A stretch of DNA of 32,000 bases from Halomicronema hongdechloris C2206 (GTDB taxonomy: Bacteria; Cyanobacteriota; Cyanobacteriia; Phormidesmidales; Phormidesmidaceae). The notes beneath the pieces were generated by a model that had not been told where the DNA came from, ran no database searches, and saw only the letters and a program-made list of their open reading frames with translations. The position numbers and the translations under genes are program-made. Positions 24,520 through 32,000 of this stretch are shown piece after piece. Position 1 is the stretch's first letter. Each line of letters starts with the position of its first letter. The stretch lies in the NCBI RefSeq assembly GCF_002075285.3, contig NZ_CP021983.2, positions 420,001 to 452,000 of the forward strand, given 5' to 3'.

Positions 24520-26301
24520 TCACGCCCCCTGCCGCACACCCATCTGCACCTGCCAGAGACTGGCATAGAGACCCCGGCACTGCAGCAACTCCTCATGGCT
24601 GCCCCATTCCACCAATTGCCCCTGCTCCATCACATAGATGCGATCGGCATTGCGAATGGTCGACAGCCGGTGAGCGATGGCAATGGTAGTCCGCTCTCGG
24701 GTGATCTTCTCCAGGGAGCGCTGGATGGCGGATTCGGTCTCGTTGTCCACTGCCGAGGTAGCCTCATCCAGAATCAAAATCGGCGGATTTTTCAAGATAG
24801 CTCGGGCAATGGACAGGCGCTGCCGCTGTCCTCCGGAGAGCTTCTGGCCCCGTTCTCCCACGATGGTGTCATAGCCTTGGGGCAGCTGTGCGATAAACTC
24901 ATGGGCCTCGGCAATCTCAGCTGCCTCCATGATCGCCTCGCGGCTAGCCCCAAAACTACCATAGGCAATGTTCTCAGCTACGGTGCCGTGAAACAGAAAC
25001 ACATCCTGGCTGACTAAGCCAATGGCCCGCCGCAAATCCCGAGGATCCAAATCCCGCAGATCGATGCCATCCAGGGTAATGCGGCCCTGATTCACCTCAT
25101 AGAAGCGCAGCAACAACTTCACCAGAGTGCTCTTGCCGGAGCCGGTAGAGCCGACGATGGCGATGGTTTGCCCCGCCGGCACCTTCAACGTAAAGTGCTG
25201 CACCACCGGCGTGCGGTCGGCATAGGCAAAGGTAATGTCTTCGAAGCGAATCTCGCCCCGCACCTGGCTCACGGGCAGTCGCTGCTGGCCTGGGGGGAGG
25301 GTGATCGGGGTCTGCAACAGGTCCATTACCCGGTTGGTCGAGGCCATGGCCCGTTGATACAGGTCTAGGGTTTCCCCCAATCGGGTCAAGGGCCAGAGCA
25401 GTCGCTGGGTCAGAAACACCAGCACGCTGTAGGTACCCACGGCCAGGTCCCCGGCTACCGTGGCCAATCCTCCATAGATCAATGTGGCCGTGAAGCCCAG
25501 CAGAATCAAAATTCGAATCAACGGAATAAAGGCGGCACTGAGGGTGATGGCTCGCCGGTTGCTTTGGCGGTAGGCCTCGCTCTCTTGGCGAATCCGCTCG
25601 ATTTCATAGGGTTCGGCGGTGAAACTTTTGATCGTCAGCATGCCGGCCAGATTGTTAGACAGGCGGCTGTTGAGCAGACTCACCCGCTCCCGCACCTCGG
25701 CATAGCGGGGAGCCAACAACCGCTGAAAGGCAATGGCGCCCCAGATGATGAACGGCATGGGCAGCATGGCCATCCAGGCCAAACCAGGGGCCAGCACAAA
25801 GAAGGCGCCGCCGATCAAGATCACCGTCGTGATCACCTGAATCACCTCATTGGCGCCCCCATCCAGAAAGCGTTCCAGCTGATTAATGTCGTCATTGAGG
25901 ATGGCCATGAGGCGACCACTGCTGCGGTCTTCGAAGTAAGCCAGATCTAGATCTTGCAGATGGCTGTAGGCATCCACCCGTAGATCCCGCTGTATGGTTT
26001 GGGCCAGGTTGCGCCAGAGCCAATCATAGGCATATTCGAAGGCAGACTCCAGGCTCCAAATCAACAGGGTGAGGATGGAGAGGACGATAAACTGGCTGCG
26101 AATGCCCTCAATGCCCCAGGTGGCGATCCAGGACTCTTGCTGCTTGACCACTACGTCGACGGCCAGGCCAATCAGGGCCGGAGGGGCCAGGTCAAATAGC
26201 TTATTCAGGACCGAACAGAGGCTGGCCAGCCAAATGCGTTGACGGTAGGCGCGACCGTAGATCAGCAATCGTTGTAGGGGATGAACCTGAGCAGACGTCA
26301 T
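24520..26301 (-). CDS. ABC exporter, fused permease/ATPase (MsbA-like half transporter)
   Basis: Six-TM N-terminal half. Walker [10 protein letters not shown], signature LSGGQRQR and Walker [10 protein letters not shown]. The probable ATG is at 26301. Confidence 0.9.
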   Translation of the reverse strand: MTSAQVHPLQRLLIYGRAYRQRIWLASLCSVLNKLFDLAPPALIGLAVDVVVKQQESWIATWGIEGIRSQFIVLSILTLLIWSLESAFEYAYDWLWRNLAQTIQRDLRVDAYSHLQDLDLAYFEDRSSGRLMAILNDDINQLERFLDGGANEVIQVITTVILIGGAFFVLAPGLAWMAMLPMPFIIWGAIAFQRLLAPRYAEVRERVSLLNSRLSNNLAGMLTIKSFTAEPYEIERIRQESEAYRQSNRRAITLSAAFIPLIRILILLGFTATLIYGGLATVAGDLAVGTYSVLVFLTQRLLWPLTRLGETLDLYQRAMASTNRVMDLLQTPITLPPGQQRLPVSQVRGEIRFEDITFAYADRTPVVQHFTLKVPAGQTIAIVGSTGSGKSTLVKLLLRFYEVNQGRITLDGIDLRDLDPRDLRRAIGLVSQDVFLFHGTVAENIAYGSFGASREAIMEAAEIAEAHEFIAQLPQGYDTIVGERGQKLSGGQRQRLSIARAILKNPPILILDEATSAVDNETESAIQRSLEKITRERTTIAIAHRLSTIRNADRIYVMEQGQLVEWGSHEELLQCRGLYASLWQVQMGVRQGA

Positions 26302-26440
26302 AGGAAAAACCCTGAGAAATGCAGTAATCGAGAAAGTGGATGTTGCCGGAGTCACAGCAACAGTGATTCAGCATCGCACAATAGGGAAAGACGTCGAGGT
26401 TCTCGACCCATTGTCATTGCCGTCATTGCCAAAAAAATCC

Positions 26441-26764
26441 ATGGCTTGGAAAAGGGTTCGTCAATTACACAGCACACTGGCTCCCATTGTCCTACTGCCT
26501 CTGCTGGTTACGGTCGCCACTGGAGTGGCCTATCGCCTAAGCAAGAGTTGGTTTGGCCTTAGCCGTGATCAGGTCCACTTCCTCATGGTGATTCACGAGG
26601 GGGAATACCTGGGGGATATTGGAGAACCGATTTATGTGCTCTTGAATGGCCTAGGCCTGCTGTGGATGCTGGTTACCGGGGCAACCATGTGGTTTCAGAG
26701 TCTGCGCCGTTCCCCTTGGTTTCGTCGCCTAATCACCCGATCGTCGGTATCGCCGGATGGCTAA
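26441..26764 (+). CDS. small membrane protein, PepSY-associated-TM-like
   Basis: ATG at 26441 (MAWKRVRQLHSTLAPIVLLPLL...). There is a second TM near the C-terminus. Confidence 0.5.
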   Translation: MAWKRVRQLHSTLAPIVLLPLLVTVATGVAYRLSKSWFGLSRDQVHFLMVIHEGEYLGDIGEPIYVLLNGLGLLWMLVTGATMWFQSLRRSPWFRRLITRSSVSPDG

Positions 26765-26857
26765 GAGAAAGACTGCAGAAGGCAGAAGGGACATGCCTCG
26801 GTGAATGCTGCTGTCAGGGTTAAGGCACCTGAGGGGGCGATGGGTGAGCGCCTAATC

Positions 26858-27022
26858 CTAGGGTAAGGGCCAGCCGGACACCAGCCAGGACACCAGCCAG
26901 GACATAGGAGCGGGCGTCATCTCGCCGCGGAAGTCCAAAAGCTGCACCAGCAGTAGATAGCCGATGGCTAGCAGCAGAGAAATTACGCCGGTAATGATGG
27001 CGACAAGTTTGGAGCGGTTCAT
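26858..27022 (-). CDS. 54-aa single-pass membrane peptide (below the track cutoff)
   Basis: Translates as MNRSKLVAIITGVISLLLAIGYLLLVQLLDFRGEMTPAPMSWLVSWLVSGWPLP*, read by hand from the minus strand. Confidence 0.35.
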   Translation of the reverse strand: MNRSKLVAIITGVISLLLAIGYLLLVQLLDFRGEMTPAPMSWLVSWLVSGWPLP

Positions 27023-27076
27023 GGAAACTGGGAGAATCGGTATTCTTAAGATGCCATAAACCCTAGCCTGACACCT

Positions 27077-28063
27077 ATGAATGCTGCCTCGTTTTCATCA
27101 AGCCCTGCCGATGCGCCCGCCCGCCCGGTGGTGGTGCAAACCCATGAGTTGAGTAAGGTCTATCGAGCTGGATTCTGGTTAAATCAAGCCATCACCTCCT
27201 TGCGCCGCTGCTCTCTGACGGTGTATCAGGGGGAGACCTTCGGGCTATTGGGGCCTAACGGGGCGGGTAAGACGACGTTGCTGAAGATCTTACTGGGGAT
27301 GGTCCGGCCCACGTCGGGGCGAGTGCTGCTGTTGGATCATTCGGTGGATGACCGCCGCACCAAGCAACGCATTGGCTATTTGCCGGAAAATCCTTATTTC
27401 TATGACTTTCTGACCGGCTGGGAATTTTTGCAGTACACGGCGGGGGTATTCGGCCTATCGTCGTCGCTGCAGCGGCAGCGAATTCCGGCCCTGTTGGACT
27501 TGGTGGGGTTGGCCCGCAGCACGGTTAAGAAGAAGCCACTGCGGCAATATTCCAAGGGGATGTTGCAGCGCATCGGCATTGCCCAAGCCCTGATTAATGA
27601 TCCTGAGGTGGTGTTTTTGGATGAACCGATGTCGGGGCTAGACCCCATGGGCCGCTACCAGGTGCGGGAGATTATCTTGTCGCTGCAGGATCAGGGTAAG
27701 ACGATTTTCTTCAATAGCCATATCCTCTCGGATGTGGAGATGATTTGCGATCGCATCGCCATCCTGGACGGGGGAGAACTGGTCTGTGTCGGCGGTGTCA
27801 ATGAACTGTTGGGCATTGCCAACCAATACTTCGTCAAGGGCCGCGGCGGCACCCTAGATGTCCTAGAACAATGGCTAGAGGACCTAGACTTCCAAGGAGG
27901 TTACTGGCGCGGCTATCTCAAGGGAGAGCCCTACGACTTTATGGCCAGCCTGCAGCTGATGAACGGCAAGATCGCCACCCTGCAACTGGCCCGCCCTTCC
28001 TTGGAAGAATTTTTTGTACAGCGCATCCGCCAACGTCGGAATCAGCAGGGCGATCACAGATGA
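27077..28063 (+). CDS. ABC transporter ATP-binding protein (ABC-2 type)
   Basis: Walker A GPNGAGKTT, signature-like YSKGMLQRIGIA and Walker B VVFLDEPMSGLD. Confidence 0.9.
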   Translation: MNAASFSSSPADAPARPVVVQTHELSKVYRAGFWLNQAITSLRRCSLTVYQGETFGLLGPNGAGKTTLLKILLGMVRPTSGRVLLLDHSVDDRRTKQRIGYLPENPYFYDFLTGWEFLQYTAGVFGLSSSLQRQRIPALLDLVGLARSTVKKKPLRQYSKGMLQRIGIAQALINDPEVVFLDEPMSGLDPMGRYQVREIILSLQDQGKTIFFNSHILSDVEMICDRIAILDGGELVCVGGVNELLGIANQYFVKGRGGTLDVLEQWLEDLDFQGGYWRGYLKGEPYDFMASLQLMNGKIATLQLARPSLEEFFVQRIRQRRNQQGDHR

Positions 28064-28199
28064 GTGAGTGCTGTGATAACCTTACCGCCCATCTTTCCGT
28101 AGCAGCACACCATTAGCGACCTGATGCCCGGGGTTTCACACCATCAAACGTTTCCAACATCCTCTCAACCTATCTGCTGTGCCTACCGACGAAACTGAA

Positions 28200-28227
28200 G
28201 GGTGCTTGAGCAGTTTTGCCAGCACCC
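28200..28227. terminator. hairpin between convergent genes (GGGTGCT ... AGCACCC)
   Basis: A 7-bp stem with a 14-nt loop and no clean U-tract. Confidence 0.25.
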
Positions 28228-28241
28228 CAGCAAGGTAAACG

Positions 28242-29144
28242 TCAGACTGTCTGTCGCTTCAGCGCTACAGCTGCCAACCCACCTAGGGTTAACAATCCCA
28301 GCCCCGTAGCAGGTTCGGGGACATCGGGTGGATCATCCGTGACAGATCGGGTCTCGATGAAAACGCCGGAGTCCAGAATCGAATCGCTAGCGTCGGCGAT
28401 GGCCAACTTCAGCGTATGGGTGCCGGCAGAGAGTCCCAACGCCTGAGCCGTAAAGGTATTGGTAAAGCCGTCATATTCTAGATCGACGGTGGCCGGGTTG
28501 ATGTTCTGGTTGAACTGACCGCTGTTGGTGGTGCTGTTGACATTATTAATGGCGACCGGTGTAGAGGTGCCCGGAATTAGGGCAATGTTGACGCCATCCA
28601 GGAAGAAGCCGAAGACGTCATTGAATTCGCTGCCCTCAAAGTCAATATATTCTTCTGACCCAAAGACATAGTTGAAGAAGAGGTCACCGCCCTCCGATTC
28701 GAAGTCAAACTGCAGCACGGTGGCATCTTCAGTGACCGCAACCGGCAGCAGGGTATCTAAGTCAGGATCTCCGGCCAGCCCGTTGTCGGTGGAAGCGCCA
28801 GAAGCTACTTCATCAGAAGAATTTCCACTCCCAGCCACTTCCGGGGTGCTGCCGTTGCCATTGGGGCCTACCGCATCCGCCGCCAGGCCGTTGGTCAGAA
28901 TAATGCCGGTATCGAAGCCTAAGCCGGAGGAGTTGCCGCCGGTAAATAACCCGGAAGCACCACTGGCGCCGGTGTAGGTGATATTAGTCACTGAAATGCC
29001 AGGGCCCAGAATCTCATTGATCAGGGCATTTGGATCATCGGTGGGGGTAATGCTGATGGCCTGGGCAGAGGGTGCGATCGCACCTGCGCCGAGAAAACTG
29101 GCTGCACCAGCGACGAATAGTGATGGGATAACCCTAGCTCGCAT
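28242..29144 (-). CDS. choice-of-anchor-L domain protein with a PEP-CTERM sorting signal
   Basis: The signal peptide ends AQA. The core motif is FNYVFGSEEYIDFEGSEFNDVFGFFLDGVNIA. The C-terminus is VPEPATGLGLLTLGGLAAVALKRQ. ATG at 29144. Confidence 0.8.
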   Translation of the reverse strand: MRARVIPSLFVAGAASFLGAGAIAPSAQAISITPTDDPNALINEILGPGISVTNITYTGASGASGLFTGGNSSGLGFDTGIILTNGLAADAVGPNGNGSTPEVAGSGNSSDEVASGASTDNGLAGDPDLDTLLPVAVTEDATVLQFDFESEGGDLFFNYVFGSEEYIDFEGSEFNDVFGFFLDGVNIALIPGTSTPVAINNVNSTTNSGQFNQNINPATVDLEYDGFTNTFTAQALGLSAGTHTLKLAIADASDSILDSGVFIETRSVTDDPPDVPEPATGLGLLTLGGLAAVALKRQTV

Positions 29145-29458
29145 AAACCGTGAGGCTCCTAGTATTGCTATGAACACAACTTAGCCAGGGCCCGTATGGA
29201 TTAGGTGAAGTTCCTGAGAAATCTTTATGAAGCTCCCGGTTGGAAGATGAAGCTAACATGAATACTCGCTGGCCGACATATACAACTATCACCACTCAGC
29301 CCTAGGGAGGCACCAGTCTAGCTAGCTTTCTGCCTAGGCCGATAATGAAGCTGCTGCCCGTTGGCTGTCTGGCAACTGCGGTAGCACTCTGGGCAAATTT
29401 ACGATACTGCTGACGCTATATTTTTAAGGCTGCTTAACATCCCATAGAACGTAGGGAT

Positions 29459-29583
29459 GACTTTATGGCTAGCCTGCAGCTGATGAACGGCAAGATCATC
29501 ACCCTGCAACTGGCCTGCCCTTCCTTGGAAGAATTTTTTGTGCAGCGCATCCGCCAACGTCGGAATCAGCAGGGTGCTCGTTA
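29459..29583 (+). pseudogene. duplicated 3' end of the ABC ATPase gene
   Basis: 29459-29574 matches 27935-28050 with about 5 mismatches by eye. It reads DFMASLQLMNGKIITLQLACPSLEEFFVQRIRQRRNQQGAR*. Confidence 0.8.
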
Positions 29584-29614
29584 ATAGCTCACAGCTAATC
29601 GTTGCCGCCTGGGA

Positions 29615-31396
29615 TTAAGGCGATAGCTCACACAATACCTGCTCCCTGGGATGGAGTGCGGGCCGAGCCAAGTAATCCTGCAGCCACTCACAGCCTCGGT
29701 CCAACACCTCAGCCAATGACAGGTGTTCGACTGGGAGCATTCGAACGGTGCCAGTTTGGCTGACAGCGATGATGCGATTGCCCTCAGCATCGAAACTGAC
29801 AATTGCTCCGGTTCCCTGGTCATCACGAAATTCGGCGAGCTGTTGTCCTAAGCGATTCCAAAGCCTGATAGTACCATCTCCCGCGGCGGTTACTACATAT
29901 CGATCGTCTGGACTAAAATTAACGCTGGTGACCCCTTCTTTATGGCCACGCAACTCCGTTAACAGGGTTCCCGTCGAGCCCCACAAACGAGTTGTACCAT
30001 CATCACTAGCCGTTGCAATTGCCTTACCATCATGGCTAAACTTTATAGCCCAAATAGCATCTTGATGCCCCTGGACGTTAGCAATTAAGGTTCCCGATTT
30101 AGTCCACAGGCGCATAACCCCATCATTTCCTCCCGTCACCATTGTCTCCCCATCAGGACTAATATCACTGTCCCAGATGACGTCCTCATGTCCCTTGAGC
30201 TCAACGGTCAGATGGCTAGACAAGTCCCACAGTCTAGCCACTGGGTCAAAAGCTGTGACCAACAGAGCTTGACCATTGGGATGAAATACCGCACTACTGA
30301 CCAACCTAGAGGAATCGCGTAGCATCGCAATTTCTTTGCCCTCGCGGTTCCATAGCCGCACTGTGGCATCATCCAATGAGCCATCGTCACTAACATCCAT
30401 ACTCCAAACCGTACTGGTATGGGCATTAACTTTATTTCTTTCCTGAATGTTGTCAAGAATCGTCTTCAGGACTACCAGAGGCTGCGTTGTGGGATAGTCT
30501 TCTAAGGGACGATTATCATCCACTAGGGCCTTTAATTCTAGTCCATTCTCCATGGCACTGAGTAACGCATCTAGGGGAGCCGTTTCAAATTTACTCAGGG
30601 CATAATTGCTTTCTCGTTCTAGATAAGTGGCTACCTTGGCCTCTTCGAGTTTTAGGTTGGCTTTCTGTAGCTTACGAGACGCTTGAATCGTCAGGATGCT
30701 AACGGCTGTAGCTACACAGAGCGTGACTCCTAGCACAATGGAACCGAAGCGAACCATGTGCTTAGCTCGTTCTCCAGCTGCGACTAACCTACCGTTTGCA
30801 GCTTCTACTTCGGCACTCTTGGTGATATAGGTTTGGTGCTGTTGGGTGGGCAGCGGAGTATGGTCTTCCTGCCAGGCTTCTGTTAACCAACGTTCTGCTT
30901 CTGCTAAATCGCCCCCTCGCAATAGATAATCATCCTGACGGTGCTTCTTCTCCCACTCCAGAGCACGAACCAATAATCGAGTATGAGCTTTGATATGGAC
31001 TAAATCAGTGTTGAGGGTATTGACCAATGACTGAAAGGCTAACTTGAAGTCATGCTCCTCCTGGAAGAACAGCCAGTTGGTCCTGCTGATAGCTGGATGG
31101 ACCGAAGCCATATCAAACCCTTCCTGGCGCACAATTGGCACCAGTCGCTTATTGTGCTCAATGGCATGATCAATCTCTTGCCGACATACTGTTGAGGCAA
31201 TGGAATGAGGGCTGATGATAAAAATAAAGGTATCTGCAGCTTCAATTCCCGCCTGAATCTCAGCCCACCAATCAGCCGTGAGAGGAATATCTTCCCAGTC
31301 TACCCACGCATCATATTTGCTCTCGACTAGGGCTCGATTGAGAATCTGGACAAATTCCTTATCTTTGCGAGAATAGGAAATAAAAACATCAGTCAT
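29615..31396 (-). CDS. TIR domain - coiled coil - TM helix - WD40 repeat protein
   Basis: The N-terminal FISYSRKDKEFV...ADTFIFIISPHSIASTVCRQEIDHAI is a TIR_2-type domain with the conserved Glu. The hydrophobic helix is FGSIVLGVTLCVATAVSILTI. Six to seven WD repeats follow (GH..V....FSxDG...T...DGTxRLW). Confidence 0.9.
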   Translation of the reverse strand: MTDVFISYSRKDKEFVQILNRALVESKYDAWVDWEDIPLTADWWAEIQAGIEAADTFIFIISPHSIASTVCRQEIDHAIEHNKRLVPIVRQEGFDMASVHPAISRTNWLFFQEEHDFKLAFQSLVNTLNTDLVHIKAHTRLLVRALEWEKKHRQDDYLLRGGDLAEAERWLTEAWQEDHTPLPTQQHQTYITKSAEVEAANGRLVAAGERAKHMVRFGSIVLGVTLCVATAVSILTIQASRKLQKANLKLEEAKVATYLERESNYALSKFETAPLDALLSAMENGLELKALVDDNRPLEDYPTTQPLVVLKTILDNIQERNKVNAHTSTVWSMDVSDDGSLDDATVRLWNREGKEIAMLRDSSRLVSSAVFHPNGQALLVTAFDPVARLWDLSSHLTVELKGHEDVIWDSDISPDGETMVTGGNDGVMRLWTKSGTLIANVQGHQDAIWAIKFSHDGKAIATASDDGTTRLWGSTGTLLTELRGHKEGVTSVNFSPDDRYVVTAAGDGTIRLWNRLGQQLAEFRDDQGTGAIVSFDAEGNRIIAVSQTGTVRMLPVEHLSLAEVLDRGCEWLQDYLARPALHPREQVLCELSP

Positions 31397-31819
31397 CGCT
31401 ACGCATTGCCAGAGCGACTAGGACACCATTGGTTATGCAATGACGCCATTCTTTTCTTAGGAGCATATTCGCCAAACCCTAGTGAGATCTCTTGAACTCG
31501 ACAGTTGTCCTAAAGATTAGCGATACACTGTAGTACGATGAATTCCAGTAATCGGGGCCTGGTTGGCAGTAGACGCTGAATAGATATACATTAGCTAGGT
31601 GCAAGAATCCGGTAAGAAATGGCTGATATTTAACTCGGAACTTGTCTGAGTCCAAATCAAAACTATGACTTACAAGTGTCAGCCTGTGCCCCTCTTAGTA
31701 AGGCGGATTAGGGCTCTTCGCGCAGTGCTTTACCCAATTGAAACTTGCCACGGGAAGCCCAGCGGTCCCAAACGATGGTTTTCAGAGACGGAGCTTTTCC
31801 TATGGCGGCGTGGAGCCTA

Positions 31820-32000
31820 TCATCGCTGCTGTAGAGGCTTCTTTTCTGCCGTGAAGGCTTCCTTCGCCAGCTTAGGGGCTTTGTTTTCTGCGGTGGAGCT
31901 TTCCTTCGCCACCGTGGAGGCTTCGTTTCCTACTGTGAAAGCGTCTTTCGCCAGCTTGGAAGCTTTGTTTGTCACCCTGGAGGCTTCCTTCGCCGTCGTG
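31820..32000 (-). CDS. partial CDS (3' end only) encoding 7-aa repeats (AKEASxV-like)
   Basis: The minus frame is open from the window edge to TGA at 31820-31822 and reads ...AKEASRVTNKASKLAKDAFTVGNEASTVAKESSTAENKAPKLAKEAFTAEKKPLQQR*. It coincides with the 21-nt tandem repeats. Confidence 0.4.
   Translation of the reverse strand, partial: TTAKEASRVTNKASKLAKDAFTVGNEASTVAKESSTAENKAPKLAKEAFTAEKKPLQQR
31830..32000. repeat. tandem 21-nt repeats (at least 7 units) with an 84-nt higher-order period
   Basis: The units start at 31851, 31872, 31893, 31914, 31935, 31956 and 31977. Units 1, 2 and 3 resemble units 5, 6 and 7. Confidence 0.75.

Noticed and set aside
22668-25950. Plus-strand ORFs antisense to the Nudix, 430-aa and ABC exporter genes (for example 23849..24508, 24087..24353, 24595..25017, 25564..25950) and the alternate-frame ORF 22897..23322
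   Set aside because: They are Gly/Arg/Pro-rich shadow frames. The minus-strand genes carry clear Walker and Nudix motifs and coupled starts.
28216-29184. Plus-strand ORFs antisense to the PEP-CTERM gene (28216..28446, 28672..28977, 28978..29184)
   Set aside because: They are shadow frames. The minus-strand protein has a signal peptide, the choice-of-anchor-L core and a PEP-CTERM motif.
1-32000. Search by eye for CRISPR arrays, tRNA, rRNA and obvious riboswitch or ribozyme motifs
   Set aside because: I saw no regularly spaced 25-40-nt direct repeats and no tRNA T-arm/acceptor signatures in the intergenic regions. The GGTTCGAAT at ~4590 lies inside the NTase CDS. There is no rRNA-like sequence. 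tRNAscan or Infernal runs would be needed to be sure.

Overview
The window looks like a cyanobacterial chromosomal accessory region. Supporting signs are ten copies by eye of the HIP1 octamer GCGATCGC, a PEP-CTERM/choice-of-anchor-L protein, Uma2 nucleases, RAYT/REP elements and a TIR-WD40 protein. G+C looks mid/high-50s % by eye (not computed).

Layout:
- 1-4.4 kb: an FHA-flavoprotein-like gene translationally coupled to a membrane protein, two further small membrane proteins and a Uma2 nuclease.
- 4.4-8.8 kb: a co-directional chain of NTase, antitoxin, PIN, frameshifted dndD-like ATPase and NTase, followed by two unknown small genes and a divergent XRE regulator with a palindromic operator.
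- 8.8-11.0 kb: an intact RAYT with REPs, an IS630 element (TA duplication, A7 -1 frameshift site) and an orphan antitoxin with a gutted vapC stub.
- 11.1-16.4 kb: a clearly lower-G+C, HIP1-free island with three compact modules of uncharacterised genes. These are a coiled-coil/paralog/HNH trio, an SDH-type Clp-fold serine protease with a small ORF, and a DUF2584-like small protein with a 2TM+GAF-like membrane protein. The island also holds a truncated RAYT copy and a 179-bp MITE.
- 16.4-19.8 kb: a family of reader-domain+HNH nuclease paralogs. One is cut at its 3' end by an ISAs1 element with a 9-bp target duplication, one has the reader domain only, and one is a tail relic fused to a RelE-like stub.
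- 19.9-22.5 kb: an MNT/HEPN pair, a PD-(D/E)xK protein, a Uma2 nuclease and a Uma2 relic.
- 22.5-26.3 kb: an ABC exporter, an unknown 430-aa protein and a Nudix hydrolase in one operon.
- 26.4-32 kb: a PepSY-TM-like protein, an ABC ATPase, a PEP-CTERM protein bracketed by a duplicated ABC 3' end, a TIR-TM-WD40 protein and a partial heptad-repeat gene.

I saw no rRNA, tRNA or CRISPR array. The best candidates for an undescribed system are the modules in the low-G+C island, especially 15149-16258 and 11269-12771, followed by the unknown+Nudix pair. All family assignments come from motif recognition by eye and need HMM or structure confirmation.
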